Shown here: positions 1 through 10,283 of the stretch, in pieces | Numbering within the stretch: the first letter of the stretch is position 1 | Layout of the letters: each line of letters starts with the position of its first letter | Origin: an uncultured Planctomycetaceae bacterium | GTDB taxonomy: Bacteria > Planctomycetota > Planctomycetia > Isosphaerales > Isosphaeraceae | Assembly: GCA_963833985.1 (NCBI GenBank) | Contig: CAWIAD010000002.1 | Location: 3,616,001-3,680,000, forward strand | DNA length: 64,000 nucleotides | Direction: 5' to 3' | Notes under the pieces: generated by a model | Told to the model about the DNA's origin: nothing | What the model saw: only the letters and a program-made list of their open reading frames with translations | The model's database searches: none | Translations under genes and position numbers: made by a program

Positions 1-75
1 GAGGTGGACTGGCATGGCGAGGTCGGCGAAGGTCACCAAGAAAACACCGGTGGCACGGCGATGACGGTCCCGCGC

Positions 76-261
76 TTATGAGCTATAGGCGAGCGCTCGT
101 TCGCTTGTCGTCTCGTCCGATTCGTAATCCTTCAGCGCTCTCTGAAGTATCTCCACCACGAGAGCGTTGAGGGATGCCTTGTCATCCTTCGCCCAACTTG
201 CCAGTCTTTCATGGAGGACGGGCGGCATCCGAACCTGGAAGTGGACCACGGTTTCGGGCAT
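76..261 (-). CDS. Ribbon-helix-helix (Arc/HicB-like) small DNA-binding protein
   Basis: FQVRMPPVLHERL...SLNALVVEIL matches the RHH pattern; ATG at 261 with GGAG upstream. Confidence 0.7.
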   Translation of the reverse strand: MPETVVHFQVRMPPVLHERLASWAKDDKASLNALVVEILQRALKDYESDETTSERALAYSS

Positions 262-464
262 TGCAGGCTCCTGAGAGTGTTGGTGGGAGCAGGGTTTGAC
301 CGGACGAGTAATCATATCCGTTGTCAAATAGAAGGGGCAATCAAAAAAGCAGGAATCAGGAATAGTTCAGGAGGTCAGCGGTCATGGACCGATCAGCGGC
401 TACCGGATTGAGAACCACTGAATCGACCAAGTGACCGACATCGCCCGCAGGGACACCTCCTTGC

Positions 465-1202
465 TCAGATAGTCCCGCCGTTGGCTCGGATGTTCGGCCC
501 GGTGATCCAGCCAGCCTCGTCGCCGACCAGCAAAGCCACTACATTGGCGATGTCCTCGGGCTGCCCCAGCCTCCCTATCGCCGCCATCTGGGCAAACCGC
601 TGCTTGTCTTGCTCGGTCTTGCCCTGCCCAAACAGTTCCGTGTCGGTCGGTCCCGGCGAGACGACCTTGACCGTGATGCCCTTCGGACCCAATTCTTTGG
701 CAAGGACGTGCGACATCTGCTCCACCGCCCCCTTGGTGGCGACGTATGTGCCGTAGGTCGGCAGCATCTTGACGGTCGTGGACGACGAGAAATTGACGAT
801 CCGCCTTCCATCCGCCATTCGTTTGGCTGCCTCCTGGCAGGCGAAGAATGTCCCTCTGACGTTGACGGCGAAGATGTGATCGAACTCCTCCTCGGTGACA
901 TCCGCAACCGCCTTGTTGAACATGACTCCTGCATTGTTGACGAGGATGTTCAGACTGCCGAAGTGCTCGAAGGTGGCATCGAAGAGCCGCCGAATGTCTC
1001 CGACCTTGCCAACGTCGCCCTGCACGGCGACAGCACGACCGCTCTCCGCTTCGATGGCAGAAACGGTCTCACGGGCTGACTCGTGGTTACCAGAGTAATT
1101 GACGATGACGGCGGCTCTCTCCTGACCGAGCCGCACAGCAATAGCCCGTCCAATCCCCCTCGATGCACCGGTGACCAGAGCCACTTTCCCATCGAGTCTC
1201 AT
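465..1202 (-). CDS. SDR family oxidoreductase
   Basis: TGASRGIG, NNAG and YxxxK (YVATK) motifs. Confidence 0.95.
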   Translation of the reverse strand: MRLDGKVALVTGASRGIGRAIAVRLGQERAAVIVNYSGNHESARETVSAIEAESGRAVAVQGDVGKVGDIRRLFDATFEHFGSLNILVNNAGVMFNKAVADVTEEEFDHIFAVNVRGTFFACQEAAKRMADGRRIVNFSSSTTVKMLPTYGTYVATKGAVEQMSHVLAKELGPKGITVKVVSPGPTDTELFGQGKTEQDKQRFAQMAAIGRLGQPEDIANVVALLVGDEAGWITGPNIRANGGTI

Positions 1203-1327
1203 TCGGCTCTTCCGCTTCTGTTGGCTCCGTACGATCGATTCGACGATGAGATCAGGATCTTAGACGACGGGCAAGAGAGCCGCAATTCGTCCCGCTCGGT
1301 CAGCCAGGGACGCCTTGGGTGTCCAAA

Positions 1328-2086
1328 TCAGATCACGGCAACCTGAAATGGTTCGACTTCATGACCGGTGTGAATCGTGAACCAAAGGCACCTTGCCTCA
1401 CCATCTTCGTACTCGACCTCCTCTTCGACGTTGAGGACTTCACGATACGTCAGCTTGGTTACCGGGTCTGTCGTATCCCGGTGATAGTCCCAGACCAGGT
1501 AGTCGGCATATTGGAGTTCGTCCTTCTGGACGGACCCGTCCTCGTCGAGATCCTTGAGGACTGTCGCCCGGCACTTGTACGGGTCTCGGACATCATCGAC
1601 ACGCCAGTAGGTCGGCTGATCGTGCTCATCAATCGGATTGCCATCCCGGTCGGCGAGGATCTTGAACACACCTTCCTCGTCAGCCAGCACGTCGAGGAAG
1701 TTGTTGTCCTCCGCAAACTTCCAACCGAACTCCATGTAGGGGCGAAGCACCTGGATTTTGTGCCCGAGTTCGTTGGACGAGTCATCGTCGGGTATCACTC
1801 GCAGCTTGACCCTGATCGGCTTATCTTGCCCGACAGCCGCCATCGCTTTGAGGTTGTAGTCGGTGTGGTAGAAAGTCTTGTCACCGACCTTGGTCTCCCA
1901 CACCCAGATCGACTCCACGAAGAACTTGCAGCCAGACAGATCATCTTCGTAACTGATGCTGACAGACCAGCCGACCTTCGCCTGAAGCGGGTTGTAAACG
2001 TGAAGCTCCTGGGCGGTCATGTCCCGCTTGTTCCGACCAGTGAGCATCTCAAACAATGTGCGTCCCTTGCCATCTGCGGACTTCAT
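1328..2086 (-). CDS. Hypothetical protein (possibly DUF4178-like)
   Basis: 252-aa ORF with GAGGAG RBS; co-oriented with the upstream Gly/Ser-rich gene. Confidence 0.7.
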   Translation of the reverse strand: MKSADGKGRTLFEMLTGRNKRDMTAQELHVYNPLQAKVGWSVSISYEDDLSGCKFFVESIWVWETKVGDKTFYHTDYNLKAMAAVGQDKPIRVKLRVIPDDDSSNELGHKIQVLRPYMEFGWKFAEDNNFLDVLADEEGVFKILADRDGNPIDEHDQPTYWRVDDVRDPYKCRATVLKDLDEDGSVQKDELQYADYLVWDYHRDTTDPVTKLTYREVLNVEEEVEYEDGEARCLWFTIHTGHEVEPFQVAVI

Positions 2087-2161
2087 CCCACTCTCCTCAA
2101 TGACCGCGAGAGTCCGACCGGTCGGTAGAACCCGTGTCCCCCGCGAGCATGCAGGCTTTCA

Positions 2162-3214
2162 TCACTTCCCCCAGCGGACATTGAAGACCACGTAGCCGAT
2201 TGCCCCGACAGCACCGAGCCCGCAGAGCCATAGCAGGGCTGTCCCCACACCTGACCCACCGCTACTCTGAGACGGCATCGCCGAGGGGCTAGAAGCCACG
2301 CTCACCTGAACCGGCATCACCGTGGGGTTGTAAGCCGCCTCCACGTAGTTCTGATCATATTGGTCCGTGGGGTCGGAGGCGAACTCCGGGTCCACGTAGT
2401 TCACATCCCGAGAAACCTTCTGGGCTTCCAGGGCGGCGAGTCGTTGCTGCACCGCCGCGTCACGAGCGCCATCCGCATACGCCTCGGCACTGATCCGCGC
2501 TTGATTGTGGTAAAGCCAATCAGCCCGACGCTGGGCGTTCCACTCCATCATCATCCACCAGAACCCACCGGAGTAGGGACCGATGCCGTACCCTACCGGG
2601 CGACCCCAGTAGTAGTCGTAGGGATGAGCATAGTGGTACACGGTGACGTGCTGGACAAATCGTTCCTGTCGCACGGCGGGTTGAATATAGGTCGATGGCT
2701 GCTCACGAAGCTGCGTGACAGAGGGAGACGAGGGATCAACCTTGACAGACCGTCCCCCAATCACCGCTTCGCTCCTGGGAGGGGCTGTCGCCTTCTGGGT
2801 GGTGATGTATGCCTGGCGGCTCTCTTCCCGCCTCTGGGCTTGTGCCTTGGTGCTCACACTGCCGGTGGTGGGCTTGGAACTTGTCTGGTTGCCTTTGGGC
2901 TTGGAGGAGCTACCGCCGAACATGCCAGAGGTAGTTGAACCACTCTTGTTATCGTTCGACGAGGTGGAGGGTTTGCTTCCGCCAAACATCGAGCTACCCG
3001 CACCGGTGGGGCTCTTTCCGCCAACAGAAGAACTGGGCGGCTTACTGCTTGTGCTCGGCTTACTTCCACCGAACATGGAGCCGCCACCCGATGGTCTACT
3101 TGATCCACTGCTAGGTTTGCTTGAACTCGAACTGCGCCCCTTCTGGGCATAAGCCGAAGACGAGAAGAGGAAAGCCAGGGCTAACGCCCCGACAAGTAGT
3201 TTTGGCACCCGCAT
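2162..3214 (-). CDS. Exported Gly/Ser-rich protein with C-terminal membrane anchor
   Basis: Signal peptide MRVPKLL...AYA, repeated SMFGGSKPSTSS, C-terminal hydrophobic helix; RBS GGAGAG. Confidence 0.8.
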   Translation of the reverse strand: MRVPKLLVGALALAFLFSSSAYAQKGRSSSSSKPSSGSSRPSGGGSMFGGSKPSTSSKPPSSSVGGKSPTGAGSSMFGGSKPSTSSNDNKSGSTTSGMFGGSSSKPKGNQTSSKPTTGSVSTKAQAQRREESRQAYITTQKATAPPRSEAVIGGRSVKVDPSSPSVTQLREQPSTYIQPAVRQERFVQHVTVYHYAHPYDYYWGRPVGYGIGPYSGGFWWMMMEWNAQRRADWLYHNQARISAEAYADGARDAAVQQRLAALEAQKVSRDVNYVDPEFASDPTDQYDQNYVEAAYNPTVMPVQVSVASSPSAMPSQSSGGSGVGTALLWLCGLGAVGAIGYVVFNVRWGK

Positions 3215-3422
3215 GTCAAATCTCTCCGATCGTGAGTGAACCTGGACGACCCCATCTCCATCCATCGTGCCATGATGCTGATCGCGGTCAGAGTCGTCTT
3301 GCAGAGAGTATTCTCCGCTTCTCATCCCATATTCAGCGTGGGCGAAGCGCCAGTAGCGATCATGCCCAAACTCGCTTACCATCGCCGAAGGCTGTTGATT
3401 CTATTCCTCTGGGGATCGAGCT

Positions 3423-4037
3423 ATGAGGCGCGTCCGTTTTAACATCGCCAGCCTGCTCGTTGTCGTCCTGCTTGTCGCTATTGGTTTCGCCGCACTGAGG
3501 GAAGCGAACGAGACGTGGGCTGGCTGGCTCTTTTCCCTGACGCTCTGCGTGCTGCTGATCTCGATCCTTTTCGCCATTCATCGCACAGAATCTAGGCGGG
3601 CGTTCTGGATTGGCGTCGCCCTGTTCGGCTGGATCTACCTGGGGCTCTCCCTGATCCCGTCGATCGAGTCCAGGTTGTTGACGAGGAAGGCGCTCACTTA
3701 CCTTGATTCCATGTTGCCGCGTAGTCCCGTCCTCATCACCGGTCAAGCCTGGGGCGACCTCCAAAACAGCCAGCCAGATCAAACCGTCACAGTCCCATCC
3801 CAGAGTTACCTGATCAGAAATGAGCCGCTCACCGCATACTACAAGTGGCTTCTCAAGGGAGGGAGCGGCACGACCGAGAACTTCGTGAGGATCGGGAATT
3901 CGCTACTGACGTTGTTCATGGCTTGGTTCGGAGGTCAGCTTTCCAGATACCTCTACACGAAGCACCGTAAGTGGAATTCGGGACCGGTCCCAGCACACGT
4001 CCCGACCGAAGGCTCACAGCTATCAAGGAACTGTTAG
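3423..4037 (+). CDS. Planctomycete-type membrane protein (RRxRF N-terminus); paralogue of 5522-6094
   Basis: Several TM segments; shared N- and C-terminal blocks with 5522-6094. Confidence 0.8.
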   Translation: MRRVRFNIASLLVVVLLVAIGFAALREANETWAGWLFSLTLCVLLISILFAIHRTESRRAFWIGVALFGWIYLGLSLIPSIESRLLTRKALTYLDSMLPRSPVLITGQAWGDLQNSQPDQTVTVPSQSYLIRNEPLTAYYKWLLKGGSGTTENFVRIGNSLLTLFMAWFGGQLSRYLYTKHRKWNSGPVPAHVPTEGSQLSRNC

Positions 4038-4297
4038 CGGCGTGCGAGGCGACCCCTGAAACCCACTCTCCTCGGTGGGCTCGCCTCCTCCTGCGATGGG
4101 GCGGGCGGGGGTTCCACTTCGATCGGTTGTTCCCTATCCGGGATACCAACCGGCAGGATACGGATTCCGCCTCCCGGCTTGGGACGGACACGTATTGTGC
4201 CGTTCAGAATCTCCTGCCGGATGAGTTCCTGGACATCAGGCAGGTGGGCGTTAGATTCGAGTTCACGCCAGCGGGCTTCGACTGGTGGCTGAATCAT
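4034..4297 (-). CDS. Hypothetical protein
   Basis: MIQPPVEAR start with AAGGA upstream. Confidence 0.4.
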   Translation of the reverse strand: MIQPPVEARWRELESNAHLPDVQELIRQEILNGTIRVRPKPGGGIRILPVGIPDREQPIEVEPPPAPSQEEASPPRRVGFRGRLARR

Positions 4298-4535
4298 CGG
4301 TTTGTCCTTCGACGGGCTGGTGGTAACGACATCGTTCCACGGAGTCTGCTCGGCACTCCTCCAGAGCAATTACCCCCGATGAGCATACACAGGGTATCCA
4401 GCAGTTAGGAAGCGTGAAGATCAAAGAATTCCAGAGATGTCGGCAACAGTTTTTATAAGGCGTATTGGCTGCTTATTCATGCTCGCGAAGAGCCACCACG
4501 GATCAGGGACAAGACCGGTTTACGGAGACTCGTCC

Positions 4536-5405
4536 TCAGTCTCTCGAACCATGCGGCAAGCTCCCAGGCACATCTGGTAGCCCTGTCAGGAAGATGGCAT
4601 CCGACTGGTGATGGTGGTAAGCCTGAAAGATAAACTCGTTCCACTGGTTCGGCTCTTTCCCATGTTTCAGGAAGTAAGCCAGTCGAATCCCCTCGGGCAC
4701 CTTCAGATCGAGCAATGACTTGTTGAGGTAGGCAGTCCAGTCCTCTCTGCCGAAGTTCAGGAGGACGTATGGCGTCGTCAGGAATACGCGGTAATTGATC
4801 GGGGAAATCGGAGGCAGAACCCGCCCGTACCAGAGTTCCCCGACGTGACCTTGATAGCCCGTGGGTACATGGCACTCGAACTGCTCCTCAGTGATCAACT
4901 CCTTGAACAGCCAGCGACCTCCTTTGAGCCCGACATGCTCGTAGATGCCCATCCGGGACTCTGAGCAGGTTCGGATCGCATCCATGACCTTGGCGTCAAA
5001 GCCGAGCGCCGTCCCCGCATCCAGCAGGCACTTACCTAGAGTCTCCTTGTAACGTCCGAAGCCAAGATCGAAGAACGCCCAGGTCGTGAAGTAACTCCTT
5101 GTCAGGGGGCTCATGGGAGGACCAGAGGGCATGTATTCATGTTCCGCCTTGAGAACGATCTCGAAATAGGGCTCGAACTCGTCAAGCACACTGACCCGCT
5201 CAGCGAAGATCGAGGCAGCGTGCTGGACGGCAATGTAAACCGTGTGGAGCGGGTCCAGGGGCTCACCTTCATCCAGGCGAATCGTCTCACCCTTTTTCAA
5301 TGCCTTGATGGCTTCATCGATCACGGTTGCGGCTTGCCGAAGCTCGGCGACCAGCTTCCGCTGTTTCGGGAGTCGCTTCGAGAACTTGTAGCTGATGTGG
5401 TCCAT
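4536..5405 (-). CDS. Hypothetical protein
   Basis: 289-aa ORF with globular composition (EYMPSGPPMSPLTRSYFTTW block). Confidence 0.8.
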   Translation of the reverse strand: MDHISYKFSKRLPKQRKLVAELRQAATVIDEAIKALKKGETIRLDEGEPLDPLHTVYIAVQHAASIFAERVSVLDEFEPYFEIVLKAEHEYMPSGPPMSPLTRSYFTTWAFFDLGFGRYKETLGKCLLDAGTALGFDAKVMDAIRTCSESRMGIYEHVGLKGGRWLFKELITEEQFECHVPTGYQGHVGELWYGRVLPPISPINYRVFLTTPYVLLNFGREDWTAYLNKSLLDLKVPEGIRLAYFLKHGKEPNQWNEFIFQAYHHHQSDAIFLTGLPDVPGSLPHGSRD

Positions 5406-5521
5406 CGGAGATCGTCCAGAGCCTCGGTGCTCAGATCAGGTTGGTTGGCGTTTCCCAGGAATCGAACTCAGCATAAGATCGTCTCTGGCAGATCATCTTT
5501 CAACCCTTCCGGGACCATGCC

Positions 5522-6094
5522 ATGAGGCGATTCCGTTTCCACCTCGGCACCCTGGTGATCCTTGTCCTGGTCCTCGGGGTCGGCTTTGCCGCCCTGCGTG
5601 AGTCGAATGAGACCTGGGACATCATTACCTTCAGCGTCTTGCTGGGTGGTCTACTGACCTCCGTCCTTCTCGCCGTCCATCGAACTGGCTCGAGGAAGGC
5701 ATTCTGGCTGGGGTTTGCTCTCTTCGGATCAGCATACCTGGGGCTGTCTCTGGTCCCCGCCATTGAACCGAGGCTGCTCACGACCAAGGCACTGGCTTTT
5801 CTTGACTCCAAAGTGCCGAGGTCTATCCCAACAGGATTTGCTTACGCCGATTTCGACAACGACGGCAAGATGGACCTATACCTCGCCAACACGTTCCAGG
5901 ACATCACAGCGGCTACTGGGTTGAACTCGGCGGGATTATCGCTGACGGGATCAATCGGAACCACCGACAACTTTGTGAGGATTGGTCACTCGCTCATCGT
6001 TCTAATCGTCGCATTCGTCGGCGGGCAGCTTTCTTGCCATCTCCACGCTAAGAATCGAGAACCAATTGCGGGATCGGTCAATCCACAGCCTTGA
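5522..6094 (+). CDS. Planctomycete-type membrane protein with an FG-GAP/VCBS-like loop
   Basis: Paralogue of 3423-4037; contains ADFDNDGKMDLYLAN. Confidence 0.8.
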   Translation: MRRFRFHLGTLVILVLVLGVGFAALRESNETWDIITFSVLLGGLLTSVLLAVHRTGSRKAFWLGFALFGSAYLGLSLVPAIEPRLLTTKALAFLDSKVPRSIPTGFAYADFDNDGKMDLYLANTFQDITAATGLNSAGLSLTGSIGTTDNFVRIGHSLIVLIVAFVGGQLSCHLHAKNREPIAGSVNPQP

Positions 6095-6121
6095 TCTCAG
6101 ATCGCTCGGGAGGCTGAGGCG

Positions 6122-6502
6122 ATGCCTGTACAAACCAGGGCGGCTCCGCTGATCTCATTCCGACTCAATCTGGGTGGGATCGTGATCGGCTACCTCTTCG
6201 CTCTCTTTGCTGCCACAGCGGTAGTAGTGGCTTTCCCCTTTTCAACTCTCGTGTTGGGGCTATTGTTCGTCGTGGTCGGCGTCTTCTTCATTGTGGCGGT
6301 CCCCGTGATTGTGATGGCGTACGTGTTTCTCACGATCACCATTTCCCGAGCCATCATGAGTCTCAGTCGTCGGCTTCTCTTCGGAGCAGATCAGACCTCT
6401 GAGTCGCAAAGGACTGGGAAACCGTCCCTCTTGCAGAAAGACCTGAGACCCCAGGGAACCGATGCCGGGCTTTGGGATCGGTGGATTGACGAGTCTCGGT
6501 AA
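6122..6502 (+). CDS. Small membrane protein with LWDRWID tail
   Basis: Hydrophobic stretch; GGAGG upstream. Confidence 0.7.
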   Translation: MPVQTRAAPLISFRLNLGGIVIGYLFALFAATAVVVAFPFSTLVLGLLFVVVGVFFIVAVPVIVMAYVFLTITISRAIMSLSRRLLFGADQTSESQRTGKPSLLQKDLRPQGTDAGLWDRWIDESR

Positions 6503-6544
6503 TGCCGACGAGGAACGAGTATTCAACGCTGGAAGGCTCCGTTC

Positions 6545-6964
6545 ATGCGCAACCACGAGCGACCGATCAAAGCCCTGAACGAGATCGCCTTACGGGTCAC
6601 CGATCTGGACACCATGCAGCACTTCTACGAGGAAATCGTTGGCTTGGAAGTGATGCGACGTGCCGATAACGCTGTCTTCTTCAAGATCGCCGATGGCTAT
6701 GCGGCTCATACTCAAGTCCTCGCTCTCTTCGACCGGTCTTCCAGTCCCGGTTATCGGGGACTTAGTGCCGCAACATCCACGGTTGACCACATCGCCTTCG
6801 AGATTGCGTTGGCTGACTATGATGCGGAGAAGGCGAGACTGGAGAGCCTGGGTCAGACGGTCACAACTGCTGAACACGCTTGGGTACATTGGCGGTCGTT
6901 ATACGTCACTGACCCCGAGGGGAACGTGGTCGAATGGGTGTGCTACGACGAATCGGTTCTGTGA
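6545..6964 (+). CDS. VOC/glyoxalase family protein
   Basis: DHIAFE and YVTDPEGNVVE motifs. Confidence 0.9.
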   Translation: MRNHERPIKALNEIALRVTDLDTMQHFYEEIVGLEVMRRADNAVFFKIADGYAAHTQVLALFDRSSSPGYRGLSAATSTVDHIAFEIALADYDAEKARLESLGQTVTTAEHAWVHWRSLYVTDPEGNVVEWVCYDESVL

Positions 6965-7096
6965 AGGATGGCATCGAGAATTGCAGGTGGCTCCTTCCCA
7001 TCCCGATCAACAAACGGATGCACTCGTCTGACAGCAATGGTACGGGATGTGGGGGAATCAGAGTAGCCTACGAATGCCAAGTTTCTCTGGATGGCG

Positions 7097-7336
7097 TCAG
7101 TTCTTCAGCACTGTGGCACGATCGCAATTCGGGCACAAAGAGTACAAGAGCGGTTCCAGCGACTTCTCGTCGTACTGCGGTCGGGCACAGTCCTGGCAAC
7201 AGGCATGGGAGCACTCTGTGGGCTCCCAGAAATCATGGTCATCGATTTCCTGGTCCTTGAAGCGCCCACAGAACGGACACCTCGTGTTCGAGAGCACCGG
7301 TTCCGGTGCATCAGCGAAGTGGTAATCCTCGGGCAT
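7097..7336 (-). CDS. Small Cys-rich (RING-like Zn-binding) protein
   Basis: CPFC...CSHACCQDC...CPNC; AAGGAG RBS. Confidence 0.55.
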   Translation of the reverse strand: MPEDYHFADAPEPVLSNTRCPFCGRFKDQEIDDHDFWEPTECSHACCQDCARPQYDEKSLEPLLYSLCPNCDRATVLKN

Positions 7337-7397
7337 CTACCATCTCCTTCGGCTAACGACGTTGAACCTTCACCCCATTCTACGTGTAGAGATCTCC

Positions 7398-8255
7398 ATG
7401 ACCAAGCCACTGAAATTGCTGTTCGACGTGTCGTTCCCCAACATCACCCTGTGGCTCCAGGGCTGCGGCACCGTGGAGATCGGCAACGATGCCAACACGG
7501 ACAACTTCATCCGAGCGATCGACGAAGGCGGGATGGTCTGGAGCGGGAATAAGAGCTACAAAAGCCTGAACGATGCTCTTCAGCACTTGGAGAAGGGGCT
7601 CGGACAGATCCTCTTAGACTTGGGACTCGGTGTCCAGCCTGCTGCCAAGAGCAGACAGTCCGCAAGGCGATCCACATCGAAGCAGAATCAAGTCAAGAGG
7701 CAGAAGACTCCATCTGAACCCGCTCTCCCCAAGCAAGTGCAAAAGTTGGAGGAGATCATCGAGGCAATCCAGGGCAAAGAGATTGTTCAGGTCACCCGGC
7801 TGACTGTCGTCAAGAAGCTGTGCGAGAACCCCGATGCTGCAAGTGCATTCGCCTTGTTCCTTGCCAAACAGGCTCAGGGGCGGCTACGCGAGAAACCAGG
7901 CAAAGAGCGATACGTTGAATTGGCAGATCGGGCGATCAAAGAGATTAAATCCTTTCTGGGCGACCCAACTGATGTCCGCAGACAGCGACTCCGATCTCTG
8001 CTCCTGGAGATCCAGGCTGAGCAGAACGAGTGCGTGTCCATCAAGTGGAGTGCAGTGCGGAACATCAAGAGTTGGGACTTGCTGATTGTGGAGAACGCCC
8101 TGCGGTCTATCCTGAATCGCGATGAAGCTCCGCTTTGGTTGTATCAAGCCGCAAGGGATTATGTCGGTAGCACAATGGAGTTCGAGAAGAAATCGATCCC
8201 TCAACTTGAGGAGATCGCTGGTTTCTGGCGAGAGTATTTCTCAGTCAACGAGTAG
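7398..8255 (+). CDS. Hypothetical two-domain protein
   Basis: Two globular regions joined by a Lys/Gln/Arg-rich linker. Confidence 0.75.
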   Translation: MTKPLKLLFDVSFPNITLWLQGCGTVEIGNDANTDNFIRAIDEGGMVWSGNKSYKSLNDALQHLEKGLGQILLDLGLGVQPAAKSRQSARRSTSKQNQVKRQKTPSEPALPKQVQKLEEIIEAIQGKEIVQVTRLTVVKKLCENPDAASAFALFLAKQAQGRLREKPGKERYVELADRAIKEIKSFLGDPTDVRRQRLRSLLLEIQAEQNECVSIKWSAVRNIKSWDLLIVENALRSILNRDEAPLWLYQAARDYVGSTMEFEKKSIPQLEEIAGFWREYFSVNE

Positions 8256-8289
8256 GACGGGATCGAATCGATCTCCAAGAGGTAGAGCT

Positions 8290-8541
8290 ATGATCAGCTT
8301 CACAGACTGGTTCCCACTCGCAACTGTCGGCTTGACCTTCACGATCCTGGGCAGCCTCAAGCTCTGGGGATTGAAGCGGGGAATTGTCGGTGGCGCTAAC
8401 AAACCCTTCGCTCAACGGCTGTGCGGCACCTGACCCACCTGGGAGAGCCGTAGTTTGCGGCTGGGATTTCCACTTCTCTTCCTTGGCATCGGGCTGATCT
8501 ACCTCGGCTGGCTCGGATGGGTGCTGCTTTCGGCGAGGTAA
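8290..8541 (+). CDS. Candidate small membrane selenoprotein (CGT-U), read through TGA 8431-8433
   Basis: The frame continues past TGA into a second TM helix; hairpin 8446-8462; TGA and hairpin are conserved in the copy at 11741. Confidence 0.6.
8446..8462 (+). promoter_or_regulatory. SECIS-like hairpin
   Basis: AGCCGTA-GTT-TGCGGCT; loop starts with GU 19 nt after the UGA. Confidence 0.55.
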
Positions 8542-8584
8542 GGTCGAAGAGAGCTTGTCAGTTGGGAGGCACACAAGGCGGCTT

Positions 8585-9262
8585 ATGGGACTTTCCATCA
8601 CGGTCGGCATCCTCTCTGACCTCCTAGAAAGCGATCCCGAGGGTGCAGAGCTTGTGCGAGGTGACTTTGACATCATCAACGAGATCCTTCGTCTGCACGG
8701 TCTCCCCAAACATGAAGAGCCAACATCGTTACCGATGTTGCGTGACCGATCCGGGGTGACCGGGTTCCCATACTCCTTTCTCCACTATCTCAGGCGCTTC
8801 TACGCGAGCTGGTTGGATCAGAGACAGCAGCCCTTCGTCCGTCGCCTATATGCGAAATGGACTGGACAGCCCGTTCAGATGCCCCCTCCAGTCGTCGAAG
8901 GCGAGAAACCTGCACACGATCCGGTTCTGGAGAAGATCGCTTCACCCAGGCATCACTTGCTCTGGCATTCTGACTGTGAGGGTTACTATGTCCCCATCGA
9001 CTTTCCAAAGGTCTTGGAGTCTCAGAGGATCGACGGGGGAGGCATAGGTTCGAGCGTGCGTTTGCTGGAGGAACTCATCACTGTCGCCGCACCACTTGGA
9101 ATCGTGCTTCGTGACCGCCAACTCAGCGATGCCGATGCGAGTGTAATTGCTGAGGAAGCGGAAAAGGGAGGTCCATACTGGATCGAGCGGCTAGCCTGGC
9201 TCACTCTCTTCGAGGCAGCCCGACTCAGCATCGAGCATCGTGCCGCCATTCACTTTGGGTAG
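8585..9262 (+). CDS. Hypothetical protein
   Basis: ORF with HLLWHSDCEGYYVPIDF block. Confidence 0.8.
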   Translation: MGLSITVGILSDLLESDPEGAELVRGDFDIINEILRLHGLPKHEEPTSLPMLRDRSGVTGFPYSFLHYLRRFYASWLDQRQQPFVRRLYAKWTGQPVQMPPPVVEGEKPAHDPVLEKIASPRHHLLWHSDCEGYYVPIDFPKVLESQRIDGGGIGSSVRLLEELITVAAPLGIVLRDRQLSDADASVIAEEAEKGGPYWIERLAWLTLFEAARLSIEHRAAIHFG

Positions 9263-9544
9263 TGTTCCATTCGAGCGAATAGCATTTCAACGACTTGGAG
9301 CGGAATCGGGTGCCACTTTTCATCCTGAACAACTGGCTTGCGGACATCGGCTGGCTGGCACAAGCGTTGTTATCGGGGTGTCAGGTCGCTAATCAGGGCG
9401 TGAGATTGTACTTTACTTGTAATTGCCGTGGAGGCTCTCAATACGCTTCTGGGCTTCTGGCTGATAGATTCATCCTCCAAGTTGAGAGACGCCTGGGGAG
9501 TCGTATAGAGCGTAGAATGACTCTGATAAACCAGGGGCGACCCC

Positions 9545-10096
9545 ATGACTGACGATGGTCTTGAACCGGTCGAGGTGACGGGTCGGTGGGTCGGGTTCTA
9601 TCGCTACCAATCAGAGCACCTCGGAGTGTTCCCTCTGGTCGCAGAAATCCACCAGGCTGGTGACAGAGTAACCGGTCAGATGTATGACCAAATCACCGAT
9701 GTCTCGGATCTCCTCGAAAGGCTGGTGGAGGCTTTTCAGGACGACATCACCCAGGGGAGGAGGCGAAAGCTGGAGAAAGTGATCGAGCAATTCGGCAAGG
9801 AAAGCGTCGTTGTGACCACACGACTCCCTGACACGTCCGATCTTGACGGTAGGATCACAGGAGGTGTCGTGGAGTTTACGAAAAGCTATCGAGGGGCAAT
9901 GGAAACCGATTGGATCGTCAAAGGGCACGAGGTCGTTTCAGCCCAGAGGAGACGGCACAAAGTGCAGTATTCCGGTCACATGGACCGGGAGAGGATGTGC
10001 ATCGAAGGGGAGTGGATCATCAGGCAAGCGGGGCTGCTCGGTCGATTCTTACCGCCAGAAGCTCGGGGCAGCTTCGAGCTTTACAAGAAGTCGTGA
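9545..10096 (+). CDS. Hypothetical protein
   Basis: 183-aa ORF with beta-rich pattern. Confidence 0.75.
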   Translation: MTDDGLEPVEVTGRWVGFYRYQSEHLGVFPLVAEIHQAGDRVTGQMYDQITDVSDLLERLVEAFQDDITQGRRRKLEKVIEQFGKESVVVTTRLPDTSDLDGRITGGVVEFTKSYRGAMETDWIVKGHEVVSAQRRRHKVQYSGHMDRERMCIEGEWIIRQAGLLGRFLPPEARGSFELYKKS

Positions 10097-10283
10097 GGGT
10101 GGAACGGCTGGGGGCATATCAGACCCGTCTGACGATCTTCAGGAGCCCCCCAGAGCCTCTGTGGGCTCTTCCCTGATGGATTTAACGTCTTGATCCAGAA
10201 CAGCCTGTAGCGGGCTTATAGGACTTCCGATGACAGCGTAGAATTGAATGAGGACATCGTGCCTCTCATCTCGGTCACCGATC

